A stretch of DNA of 64,000 nt, taken from NCBI RefSeq assembly GCF_009914755.1, contig NC_060941.1; one strand, written 5' to 3'. Positions 41,186-55,826 of this stretch are shown piece after piece. This DNA is from the human T2T-CHM13v2.0 reference genome, Homo sapiens. The stretch's first letter is position 1. Every line of letters begins with the position of its first letter. The notes under the pieces were generated by a model. It ran no database searches. It saw only the letters and a program-made list of their open reading frames with translations, and had not been told where the DNA came from. The translations under genes and the position numbers were made by a program.

Positions 41186-41489
41186 GCCGGGCGCCGTGGC
41201 TCATGCCTGTAATCCCAGCACTTTGGGAGGCCGAGGCGGGCAGATCACGAGGTCAGGAGATCGAGACCATCCTGACTAACACGGTGAAACCCCGTCTCTA
41301 CTAAATATACAAAAAATGAACCAGATGTGGTGGCGGGTGCCGGTAGTCCCAGCTACTCAGGAGGCTGGGGCAGCAGAATGGCATGAACCCGGGAGGTGGA
41401 GCTTGCAGTGAGCCAAGATCGCACCACTGCACTCCAGCCTGGGCGACAGAGCGAGACTCCATCTCAAAAAAAAAAAAAAAAAAAAAAAA
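41186..41489 (+). mobile_element. AluY
   Basis: gatcacgaggtcaggagatcgagaccatcctg; long A tail. Confidence 0.9.
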
Positions 41490-42427
41490 CTGTAGCTGAA
41501 ACTTGTTTAAAACATAGATGGTCCCTATGATCTCTAGCTAAAAGGGTATTACAGGACCTTGATTCCACATTCTTTAGGGGAAGCAGGAAGAAAAGCCCTG
41601 GCAATATTCTTCTCTCTGGTGGAATAGTGCTTCCTATTTCACTGTCAACACTCAATTTATTCCTTTTCTGTCAGTACATCTTTATGAAGCTTGGCAAGCA
41701 CCCATCCTTTGTCTTACGGTACTGCACCCATCAGTGTACAAGTATGCCCTTTATCCTCCCTTCTCTGATCCTCATTAGCCCTACCGACCCATTTCACTAT
41801 TCCACTTTATAAAAAAATTTTAAAAACAAGGTTGCACTTGTACTAATGCCACTTCCTCACCTTCTGTATCTTCTTCAACTCTGTGTAACCGTGTTTCTGC
41901 CCCCTCACTAATTCACTGAAAATCCACGTCTAAGGCACCTTGGCTTACTCAACCTCTAACAGCATTTTACACAGTTGACTCATGAAACACTCGCTATACT
42001 TTTTTAAACAAGAAATACTGTTTCCAAAGAGCATGTAATCACATCATGTGGGGTGGTGGTGTTCTGTGGGAAATAATGACCCAGAAAACATAAAAAGGTT
42101 ATAGCTGTGAATACTGAGAGAACTGGGTCAATAACCTATATCTGGTAACCAGGGGCTATCAAACGAAGAAAGGGAGTAAGACCCCACCCCAACAAAAGGG
42201 TGGCTGAGTGGGAAAACCAGAAGAGATTTAATAATGCTAATGAATCGTTGCAGTGTCGGAGCTCATGCATGCAAGTCCTTATTGTAATATCTATCCGGGT
42301 GTAGACAGCAAAAGCCTCCATATTAACTGTGGTGGTGGCAGTAGCGCAGCAGTCTCTCTGGTAAGCACCTGTGAGCTATGGCAGCTGCTGATCAGTTATT
42401 TGGGGAAAATCATTTTGAAATTACTGA

Positions 42428-43152
<725 letters not shown>

Positions 43153-43617
43153 CTATCTGAACTCCACAAATGAAGTTAATATGAAACAAAATCAGGTTCC
43201 AGGTTTTTGTAAAGAATCTCTAATCAAGGTACCATGTTGTATTTCTCTCCCTTACTCTACCTGACCCCTCCTCAGATAAACAGACTGGCTAAAGATAGTG
43301 TATTAAAAGTATTAATGGCTTCATATTTAATTACATGATTATTGCTGACACTGAAATGCATGACTCAGATGACAGAATGGTATAAAACTTTTCTAATTAA
43401 TTTTATCATAGTAGAAACTTAAAATATATTTGAAATACAAGATTTAATACATTAAATATATAAATATAACTTCAAAATAATTATAACATCCTCACTAATT
43501 TAACAGAAACATCAATGTTTAAACTACACACTAAGGGCAGGACTTCTGTTTTAACACTTTTTGCTTGCCTATTTCCCCCAATCCTGAAATATCTTCCATA
43601 CAAGTAAGAAAACACAC

Positions 43618-43719
43618 CTGGTTTCTGCCTCTGCGTTTCCCATAATTCCTTCTGACGAGGGCTTTATAATTCTCATTTTTCTTGGTTAAATAGTAATACA
43701 AAACACAATCAGGAACACT
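43618..43719 (-). CDS. NCOR1: NCOR1 coding exon, 102 nt, [34 protein letters not shown] (end of DAD, includes the HDAC3/inositol-phosphate-binding YYY..K motif)
   Basis: acag acceptor, gtgtgt donor; overlaps ORF 43531..43737; phase 0-0. Confidence 0.96.
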
Positions 43720-44076
43720 CTGTAAGAAATAAAACAATTATTTTTGAGGATCCAATGAAATAAAGAAATTTTTTAATTAAATATTACTTCCAAGGAAAAT
43801 CTCTGGTATTCTGAAAGTAAAATTAAAGAAAAAGAACAACATACATTGCTAGCATTTTAAGGCATATCTAGGCTCTAAAATTATTTACATTATAGGTACT
43901 ATTTTAATAGACAGTTACAGTTGTTAATCCAAATTATGTGAAAGATGCCAGGAACTATCAGAAACATTCAAATATTTTCTTATTAACAAGTAAATTCCCT
44001 TTCTGATTACATACATGCAAATTTTTAAAATGTCTTTAAATATTTTGTTCAAAAACATTAAAATCAACTTTATATT

Positions 44077-44179
44077 AAATATGGAATGATTCACAAATTT
44101 GCTTGTCATCCTTGCGCAGAGGCCATGCTAATCTCTGCATCGTTCCAATTTTAGTATTATGTGCTGCTGAAGCGAGCAC
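44077..44179 (-). pseudogene. U6 snRNA processed pseudogene, sense to NCOR1
   Basis: Minus strand reads GTGCTCGCTTCAGCAGCACATAATACTAAAATTGGAACGATGCAGAGATTAGCATGGCC...CCATATTT. Confidence 0.92.
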
Positions 44180-44464
44180 GAGACTGATATTTTAATTAGA
44201 AATTTAATGAGGCTCCAAAAGCATTGTAATCTATGTGTTTTAGGGAAATAAACATCAGGTCATCTTTCATTAACCATTTAGTTCTGTGTTCTGTGTTACG
44301 ATTTCTCTAATAATTGTAATTATCATTACATTAATCACATGAGACTCTTCGCAGTCTTTTTAAAATCGGTTCTAGTTAACTACTTATATGTGTCAGAGCA
44401 CAAGAATTTCAAAGTAACAACCATCACAAACCTACAAACACTCCCAATGCAAACCATGTCTTAC

Positions 44465-44519
44465 CTTCCTCTCCAAGTATGATGCAATTAGTCCAAAGTT
44501 TTTTGGATGCTGGATAAAC
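44465..44519 (-). CDS. NCOR1: NCOR1 coding exon, 55 nt, FIQHPKNFGLIASYLERK (SANT1)
   Basis: tcag acceptor, gtaaga donor; phase 2-0. Confidence 0.96.
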
Positions 44520-44608
44520 CTGAGTGAAAACGAAAACAAAAACACACTTGCGTACAAATATTTCAACAACTAAAAAAAAAAAAACTTGGGAAAAGAAAGA
44601 CTATGTAT

Positions 44609-45097
44609 AGGCTGGGCGTGGTGGCTCATGCCTGTAATCCCAGCACTTTGGGAGGCCGAAGAAGGTGGATCACTTGAGGTCAGGAGTTCAAGACCAGCCT
44701 GACCAATATGGCAGAACCCCATCTCTACTAAAAATACAAAAATTAGCTGGGGATGGTGGCACATGCCTGCAGTCCCACCTACTCAGGAAGCTGAGGCAGG
44801 AGAATCGCTTGAACCCAGGAGGCAGAGGTTGCAGTGAGCCGAGATCACAACACTGGACTCCAGCTTAAGCGACAGAGCGAGACTCCGTCTCAAAAAAAAC
44901 AGAAGAGAAATACTATGTATAGGGCTTTCTAACTGCCAATCTGAGGAACAATTGTAGAATCACTGGAGACTTTTAAAGGGCACAGATTTCTGGGCACCAT
45001 ACACCAGGAAATGATTAGTCTACGGTAATACATAGAAATCTGTACTTTATAAAAGCTCCCCAAAAGTTCAGCCAGCACCCAAGTTTGGGAACCACTC
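44609..45097. mobile_element. AluS (+) ~44609-44900 followed by a MER5-like MITE ~44920-45097
   Basis: Alu motifs; agaatcactggag...aagtttgggaaccact. Confidence 0.75.
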
Positions 45098-45314
45098 TTA
45101 ACATGACTCCATAACCCCAGTTCTTATCTGTTACCTCTTTTCCCACCTATAAACTTACAGGAAGATCAATATTCTCTACTTTTCACAGTATTGATTCAAA
45201 CACCAAAATGGGACCAAGTTTTTGTGAAAACAGTTCAATTTACAAGTAAATGCCAAATACTTTTTACTAACTTATGTAGATGTCTATTAGAGAATAATTT
45301 AAAATATAAATTAC

Positions 45315-45493
45315 TTGTCCTTAAAGATCTCCTTTTCATGGTCAGTCCAAACATTCATAAACTGCCTATCTTTATACACTTTCATAGGGTCCTCCATAAG
45401 CCCATTCATGTTAATGAACTTGACTCGTCTTTGTTCTGCATCAAACATCATAGGTGGAATCACAGAGAGCTGCCGCATTTGTTTCTCATTATT
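45315..45493 (-). CDS. NCOR1: NCOR1 coding exon, 179 nt, NNEKQMRQLSVIPPMMF...VWTDHEKEIFKD(K); start of DAD/SANT1
   Basis: ccag acceptor, gtaat donor; SANT WT motif; phase 0-2. Confidence 0.96.
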
Positions 45494-46360
45494 CTGGAAA
45501 AAAAATACAATTTACTTAGAATAAAACATAAACTAGAAATTTAAGGAGGGCCATGGACCAATGCTCTTAATGTGCACTAAAAAACCATGTATGCAGTTTA
45601 ATAACAATAGCAGTGTATACCACAGCATCTAACATACAATAATTACTCATATATCTAATAAATATTCACTGTATGAATTACAGAGGCAGAGAATATCCAT
45701 ATCGTTTTTTAAATAATCTACTCCTTTGAGAAGAATTCTTTTCTTAAACTAAGCTGATACTTAACATAATAAAATTTTAGACCTGGAAGATAAAAAGTAA
45801 TGTCAAGTTCACTGAAGTGGTGACCTTATGGAGCATTTAATTATCATATTAGTCTCATTTTTTAAAGTCTCAACATCATTTTATAGAACAACTTTTACCG
45901 TCATATTACAGAACAATAAATAGAAAAATAAGCAAACAGGCATCAAAATTTAAGTCAGCGATTTTAAATTAAACTCACTTTACTATTAAACGCTTCTTGC
46001 TAATTTTACATCATCTTTCCATTGAAAATTTAAGGTTGTTATTCTTAGAAATGAAGCTTGTTTCAACTAAAACTTTGTTACACGTGCAGAACTTATTTTT
46101 CCCAAAGTTTAACTGAGGAAATTTTTAAGTACAAACTTCTATTTAAAAGCTTTTACCCAAATTACAAGTATTTACCCAAATATAAGAAAAGGTATTTCCC
46201 TAAAAATTTTCCTCATAAAAGTGGATACTGCCTAATAGTCAAGTCCTTACAAAGTCTCTAATTTCCTGGGACACTCTCAATCAGTTTGAACACTATAGTG
46301 TTTAGACTGAAATTACACATTAGATTGAAATTACCTCAATACATAAACTAATTTTAGATG

Positions 46361-46602
46361 CTTACAAATGTTTCCTCATGGAATCAGTCAAAGAGCAAAT
46401 AAAGAAATTTAACAGAGATTTACTCATCATTGTAGAAATAATGGCTACATATTCCAAGGGCTGAATGTCATTTCAATCATGTACTTACAGATGTTTCCTC
46501 ATGGAATCAGTCAAAGAGCAAATAAATTTAACAGAGATTTACTCGTCATTGTAGAAATAATGGCTACATATTCCAAGGGCTGAATGTCATTTCAATCATG
46601 TA
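46361..46602. repeat. Tandem duplication of unique sequence, 123 + 119 bp
   Basis: cttacaaatgtttcctcatggaatcagtc...tcaatcatgta occurs twice; two substitutions and a 4-bp indel. Confidence 0.95.
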
Positions 46603-46688
46603 CTTTAGAGGTAATTTTAAAAGCAATATAGAGTAAGTGGTTATGTTTTAAAGCTCTTGATTATACTGCTACAAAAGAAATGAAAAAT

Positions 46689-47320
<632 letters not shown>

Positions 47321-49912
47321 AAAATTCACTTGTCCTGATATTATGCAATAGTATGTGCAATATGTATTTAGGGCTTGAGATAAAATTTAGCAATGATAAC
47401 ATCATAAATGTATTCCAAAAGAAGTACATCTCCGGGAATCTGGGCACAGTGAAGCTGGTATGCTCTGGAACACTGATAACTCAAAGGTGTCTCTAGAAAT
47501 GGCTAAGATCCTGAAATCATATAACAATGCACTGAAAAGCTTGAGTGTGGGATATACCTCTGACTAAATATTGTAATTGTCCCTAAAGAGTTATGTATTT
47601 CAATGCACCAAAAATCACCTTGGAATCCTCTCTTTGGGAAAGGAGAATATCAGAAATAAGAAAGGAAAGAAAAACCACCTGTAGAAGTCTATTTTGATCA
47701 GTATAAGAACAATCTGAGAAGTAAAATGGTTTAAGGAACTCTGAGATATAGTTTATATAGTTCTATACCTCCTCCAGGGCTAGTTTAACTAGAATTCTGA
47801 AACACAGTAACTTATAAGAGCATACTATATACTTTTATAAGAGCATACTATATACTTTTATTTAGTTATGAATGCAAAACAGGGTATCATAATTAAATAC
47901 TGATAGAATCCTACAACATATATCAACACAAAGACAAACTCTGTACAAAGAGGCTATTTTTTCATCCTGGAGAAAAACTTACTGCAACTGTCTCACAAGT
48001 AATTTTTCATGAGATCAAGCAACTTGATGGTTTAATTTACCATTGTATTCCCAATGCTTAAAGGAAAGTTTGGCACATAATAGGCTATAAATATTTGTTG
48101 AAAGAATAGACTTGATTGAATATAGATATGGAAAAGAACACACAGTTCCAGAGTCAGACTGCCTGGGTTGAGTATCTGGCTCCACTATTTATTAATTTGT
48201 AACCTTGGGTGAATTATTTAACCTGCAGCTGGGCTTTAGTTTCTTAACTTGCAAAACAGCCATTAATTATAGCCTCCATTTCACAGAATTTTCACAGTTT
48301 AAATAATACATATGAGGTGCTTATCACAATTGGCAATTTTAAGTAGTAACTACCCCTCAAACTCCCCCTCCTCAAAAACCAAAGATGTAGTTAGTCCACC
48401 ATAACCTAAACCAACAATACCCATAGAAAAAGGAGAAAAAGTACTGGCTAGGTTAACTAGTAGTAAAGGGTAGAGCAGAGGAAGTCATAACACTGCTTTT
48501 TACTTCTAAATGTGCTAAGTAGTATGAAAACAGGAATTTTACTTATCTAAATTATTTCTAAATCATTGAACATTTTAGATTAAATCCACTTCACCTAATT
48601 TTGCAAATCGAGTATTAACTGTATATTTAAGTCTACTTAACATTTATTTTGAAGTATACAGCATGGTAAAAAATATCTTTGATCATTACTTAAGGCCACT
48701 ATTTCAAATAAACAAGACTCTCAGAATTTTGAGATGAGGTTTAAGAAAAGGCATATAATAAAATCAAAACTAGCAAAACTCAGTCAATACTAGATGGCTT
48801 TTGGAACAATCTTGAGAGTTTGAACAGGGCTAAAAAGATTCAATGTTAGAAATGGAAATTTATTCTTATTCTGCATTTATTTATTAATATCCAATTAAAC
48901 ACTAGGCAACAGGAACTCAAAGATAGCCTGACCCAAAGGTTTAAAATAACCGCACTCATGAAGATGACACTTTAGCTGATCATAAATATTTATTAAACAG
49001 AAAGAGAAGCACAATAGAAATAAATGTAAACTGAGACTAGACATTGAGTTCTGTTTTGGGAAAGTGAGTGAGGAAGCTTCACAAGGGAGGAAATACTGCT
49101 TTTGGGTCTGAAGATATATTTGTCAAACATATACCTTGGTCTCTACTACCTGTTTCATAATTTTATTAATTCTGCTCTTTATACAGGCAGGAAATGCCTG
49201 AAAAACAAAGTAATGCCACTTGCTACAACACAGTATCTTCACCTTAAAAATTAGTGAAATGGCGTTCTTGTTCATAGATGAATCTCCTCCATATATAAAC
49301 TTAATCTCTATATTCTCATTCACCTGCCCCTTTCACTTCATGTTACCATACTTACCTGGGACTATATCACCTGCAGACAGATGACTCTGATATCTAACCA
49401 TCCCCAGTTCAACTCTCTCCCAGGTTCACTTGCTAGACAACACCCTTTGAAGAACATACTGCCATTTGTAAAATACATGCTCCTTTGCTACTTTAGGAAA
49501 CGGCACCACCAGCTTACTCCTCTAACCTAGAAACAAGGGAGTCACATTCTATTCTTCCTCTTTCTCATCTCCCACATCCCATCCATCTTGGCCTGTCCAT
49601 TCTACCTTTCTATTACACTCGCCTATACATCCCTACCACTGTTGCCCTGATTCAGAACCTTATTTTTATCCTAACAGCCTCCTCACCTCTCTCCAGGTCT
49701 CCTTGCTGCCAAAGCCATCTTTGTAAAATTCCAGTATGATCGTGTGACTGCCTCGTTTAAAAACCCTTTAACAGACACTCAAATCTTTGACAGTCTAAAC
49801 TCTAGCACTCAATTAAGTTCCCACATTTACATACAAAAAAACCCTTAGCTCCTACAGAGTTAAAATGCTTTAATAATTAACGAATTAACTTGAATTAAAT
49901 TTATTTTCTTAC

Positions 49913-50003
49913 CTCCTGCTCAGAGAGCCCATCAATAATTTCAGAAATCTCATGCTCACTCCTAGCAATGGTGGCTGAAAGACCAGCTCCCCTCTGCCCA
50001 ACT
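49913..50003 (-). CDS. NCOR1: NCOR1 coding exon, 91 nt, VGQRGAGLSATIARSEHEISEIIDGLSEQE
   Basis: tag acceptor, gtaaga donor; phase 2-0. Confidence 0.96.
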
Positions 50004-50757
50004 CTAAACATGAGGGAGAAATTAAAAATATATTTAAAGACCTTATATAAAGACATATCAATTAAATTAACTATAGATTACTTTTCTGAATGGAACTTTT
50101 TAACCAAGTTAAGAGAAGAAACATAAAATACTATTGAGTATATACTTTTAAGTAATATGCTGTGTCACCTATTAATAACAATTTAAATGTTACGATTGAG
50201 ATTTGAAGGTTACATGTTCATGTTCAAATGGTGGAACTAGTTAGGGAAAACTTCTAGAAAGTCATAATTATTGATGCCAATTCCATTTCAAATGGCATTC
50301 TTTGTATGCCCTGTAGTAGACTTAGAAAAATACATGAAACATTTTTAAAAGGAGAGAAAAAACTCAACCAACATCCCTTACAAAAATTTAATTGTGAGTT
50401 AAGGGGCTTACATGACTCTTACATGAGACAATAAAAAAGAAAATTAAAGCTTTTAAAATCTTTGTAAAATATCTGTTTGCTAAAAGTAAAACAAATCAGA
50501 ATCTATCAAAGAATTTCTTAATTGGCCATCAGCTGAATATAGTTTGAATATGTTGGTAACGAAGGACTAAAGGATATTTAGGTCTGTTCTTACTCACTGT
50601 CATGTCCAAAGGATGTAATACTTTTAGGAACTTCAGAATTAATTTCAAAATAATCACTTACATTTAGATTCAACAGGATAATATAAAAATTAAATTTACT
50701 AAGACATAATGTTTACTGGTTGATAATAAAGTTTTCTTTTCAACATAAAAGTTCTTT

Positions 50758-50961
50758 TAACTTTTAAGTTAGTGGGTACATGTGCAAGTTTGTTATATAG
50801 GTAAACCTGTGTCATGGGGATTTGTCGTACAGATTATTTCATCACTCTGCTATTAAACCTAGTACCCACTAGCTATTTTTCCTGAACCCTCTCCCTCCTT
50901 CCATCCTCCACCCTCCACCTTCTAATAGGCCCCAGTATGTGTTGTTCCCCCTATGTGTCCA
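50758..50961 (-). mobile_element. Short L1P 3' UTR fragment
   Basis: gggtacatgtgcaagtttgtta... L1 3' end; TSD CAACATAAAA(G/A)TTCTTT at 50741 and 50962. Confidence 0.75.
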
Positions 50962-51014
50962 CAACATAAAAATTCTTTATAAACTTTCTTCATGATCAGT
51001 TTCAAGAAACAATA

Positions 51015-52624
51015 GCTCTCCCTCTCCCTCTCTCTCCTCTCCCTCTCCGCTTCTCCCGCTTTCCACGATCTCCCTCTCCCTCTCCTCCCGCTTTCCACGG
51101 TCTCCCCTCTACCTCTCTCCTTCTCCCGCTTTCCACGGTCTCCCTCTGTTGCCGAAGCTGGACTGTACCACCATGATCTCCTCCCTCTCCCCTTCTCCCG
51201 CTTTCCACGGTCTCCCCTCTCCCTCTCCCTCTCTCCTTCTCCCGCTTTCCACCGTCTCCCTCTGTTGCGGAAGCTGGACTGTACTGCCATGATCTCCGCT
51301 TGCTGCAACCTCCCTGCCTGATTCTCCTGCCTCGTGCCTGGGATTGCAGGTGCACGCCACCACGCCTGACTGGTTTTTGTATTTTTTGGTGGAGACGGGG
51401 TTTCGCCGTGTTGGACGGGCTGGTCTCCAGCTCCTGACCGCGAGTGATCTGCCCACCTTGGCCTCCCAAAGTGCCAGGATTGCAGACGGAGTCTCGCTCA
51501 CTCAGTGCTCAATGTTGCCCAGGCTGCAGTGCAGTGGCGTGATCTAGGCTTGCTACAACCTCCACCTCCCAGCCGCCTGCCTTGGCCTCCCAAAGTGCCG
51601 AGATTGCAGCCTCTGCCCGGCCACCACCCCATCTGGGAAGTGAGGAGCGTCTCTGCCTGGACGCCCATCGTCTGGGATGTGGGGAGTGCCTCTGCCTGGC
51701 CGCCCAGTCTGGGAAGTGAGGAGCGTCTCTGCCCGGCCGCCCATCGTCTGGGATGTGGGGAGTGCCTCGGCCCCACCGCCCCGTCTGGGATGTGAGGAGC
51801 GCCTCTGCCCGGCCACGACCCCGTCTGGGAACTGAGGAGCGTCTCTGCCCCGCCGCCACCCTGTCTGGGAGGTGATGAGCGTCTCTGCCCGGCTGCCCAG
51901 TCTGAGACGTGAGGAGCCCCTCTGCCCGGCAGCCGCCCCGTCTGGGAAGTGAGGAGCGTCTCCGCCCCTTCCGGGAGGTGGGGGGCAGCCCCCGCCCAGC
52001 CAGCCGCCCAGTCCGGGAGGTGGGGGGCAGCCCCTGCCCAGTCAGCCGCCCCATCCGGGGGGTGGGGCGCCTCCACCTGGCCGCTGCCCCGTCTGGGAGG
52101 TGTGCCCAACAGCTCATTGAGAGCCGGCCAGGATGACGATGGCGGTTTTGTCGACTAGAGAGGGGGGGAAATGTGGCGAGAGTAGAGGGAGATCAGATTG
52201 TTACTGTGTCCGTGTGGAGGGAGGTGGACATGGGAGACTCCATTTTGTTCTGTACTAAGAAAAATTCTTCTGCCTTGGGATGCTGTTAATCTATAACCTT
52301 ACCCCCAACCCCGTGCTCTCTGAAACATGTGCTGGGTCCATTAAGGGTTAAATGGATTAAGGGCAGTGCAAGATGTGCTTTCTTAAACAGATGCTTGAAG
52401 GCAGCATGCTCGTTAAGAGTCATCACCACTCCCTAATCTCAAGTACCCAGGGACACAAACACTGCAGAAGGCCGCAGGGTCCTCTGCCTAGGAAAACCAG
52501 AGACCTTTGTTCACATGTTTATCTGCTGACCTTCCCTCCACTATTGTCCTATGACCCTGCCAAATCCCCCTCTCCGAGAAACACCCAAGAATGATCAATA
52601 CATACTAAAAAAATTTTTAAAAAA
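51015..52624 (+). mobile_element. Older SVA (SVA_A/B-like), full length; antisense to NCOR1
   Basis: Hexamer region, Alu-like domain, short VNTR, SINE-R with GAGATCAGATTGTTACTG; 11-bp TSD AAGAAACAATA at 51004-51014 and 52625-52635. Confidence 0.93.
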
Positions 52625-52682
52625 AAGAAACAATAAATATTTGAAGAAAAATATCACAGTCATTAAACATCAAACTACTCAC

Positions 52683-52855
52683 CGCTGAAATCTTTCTTGC
52701 TGTTCTCTTTGTTTTCGAATTTCTGGAAACTGCTTTTCATAGTATTCCCTTGTTTTGCTTTCTTTAGCTTTCCTCCGAGGATTATTTTCTATTCTGTCCA
52801 CTTTTTTCTCCCATGCCTCCATGAGCTGATCATAACGCTGGCAGATTTTTTGTTC
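52683..52855 (-). CDS. NCOR1: NCOR1 coding exon, 173 nt, EQKICQRYDQLMEAWEKK...EQQERFQ(R)
   Basis: tag acceptor, gtgagt donor; coiled-coil sequence matching NCOR1; phase 0-2. Confidence 0.96.
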
Positions 52856-53434
52856 CTATTAAATATCCGTAGCAAATTAATAATAATTAAACTAAACTCT
52901 GATTCTGACAAACCTAATACTTTAAAATAAATGCTACTTCTTAAGGTTAAGTCAGAAGTACATTTGGCTTATGACTCAACTGTGAACGAAAAGCACAAAG
53001 AGGAGAGAGGAAAGGTAGCTCTGTTTCCTACTAAGATCAACACATAGAGCACAGGTTGGCTGGATTTTTTAGTTAACATTAAGACTATGCATATTTATAA
53101 ACTACTTGACACCTACTACTAGTAGTAGCTGACCAGTTACTTTTATTTTGCTTAAAACATTATGTCATTGTTGTCCCAAAAAAATGGAAAATTAAAAATA
53201 CAAACATGTAAATAGTTCATAATCTGACCAATTACCCAAAGGCAACCATATGAACATTTTGTTGTTATCCTTCCAATCTGCGAAACAAAACACACACGCT
53301 TTAACCGATCTATTATTGGAGGTTCTGGTTGATTGCCATTTTTTGCTATAATAAATAATGCTATATAACAAACATTTTGACAGTATGAAAAAGGCAGAAA
53401 ATGGTTGGTTGTGCTTTATCATAAAAAGAAATCC

Positions 53435-54424
<990 letters not shown>

Positions 54425-54968
54425 GCTAAATGCAAACTCTTAAAATGCAAACCCAAACATTATGCAACCTCCAGGACAGTATACAACCTGGCTCTGGCTT
54501 CCCTCAGCAGCCTCATTTCTCACCACACTGCCAGCTCAGTCTACACTCCCTCTGGCTCCCAGACCTTCACTTAAGCCACTCCCTCTGCGTATACAAGTTT
54601 GCAGAGAATTGGTTTTCCCCTGAAATGTCCCCTCATAATTCCTATCTGCCTTAGGTGTCCTCCTCAGTCATCCGTAGTCCATGACCACGGTGTGATCCAA
54701 TACTAGGACTGACCTGTCTGACTTCCATCACCTTAGGCTCCCCCTAATTACTAAAACCATATGGCTATCTTGCTCACCTTTGCAGAATAATATATGGGAC
54801 AGAGTACACAGCCAAGTGATATTTAAGCAAATCGGTGAAAATACAAACCTTACAGTGTTTGCATCACCAGTGAACTTATTTAGTGAGTACCAGAATTACA
54901 ACAAAATTACTTGGAAAGGAAAAAAAAATACATGAGCTAATTTCTTACTTGATATTTATATGTTCTTG

Positions 54969-54999
<31 letters not shown>

Positions 55000-55759
55000 C
55001 AACTCAAGACCAGTAATTTAAGACAGTATCTGATCAGACTGGCAAATTAGAACATTAGACGTTTTCCACCAAATAAAGCTGCTGACTCTTGAGCTTTACA
55101 ACTCAAACTGTCAGGTCATTAACTTTAGGCACAAAGTTCATTTTTGATGTCGATTTAAAGAGTAGCATTTATTTAGCAGACACTTCAGTTTAAATGTATT
55201 AACAGTGTATCTGTAAAATTAGTATAAACATATTATGAAAATAAAATCACTGGCATTATATTTTCTATAATTTAATTCCCATGAAAATTATATAACCACA
55301 AAACTTTTGGACTGCAAGTCATAAAAAAATATGGAAAACCATTTGAATTTGAAAAAGCTGAACCCTAGCTGACCCCGTTTCTAATAAAAGAAAGAATAGT
55401 AATGTCTCATCAGCATGACTGCAACTTACCTACAACTGTTTGAGGCTTAAGAAACTAAATTATCTTTCATATTCTTTTAAACTACTCACCGTTTTATTTT
55501 GACTAAATGAAAATGTTCTAGAAAGATGACCAATGAAATTAATTTGATAATATTAAATGTAAGGTATGGTATCAAAATGTTACTAGAATTAGATTTAAGT
55601 CATATATATATATATATATATATATGGTTACTTTCTAAATCAGCACTTATCCTCAAATGGAGTCAAGGACCACTCTCATTAACAGTAGGAAAGTGAATGC
55701 CTAAATGAGCATGAATGGGAAAGCTGTATAAATTTCAGTTAACAAGGATAGGACCTCAC

Positions 55760-55826
55760 CCTTTGTTTTCTTGCATGATTTCTTCTTTTAAAAAATAAAA
55801 TGAGTTTTTTCCTCATCACCTGGTTT
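55760..55826 (-). CDS. NCOR1: NCOR1 coding exon, 67 nt, NQVMRKKLILFFKRRNHARKQR
   Basis: ctag acceptor, gtgagg donor; phase 2-0. Confidence 0.96.
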
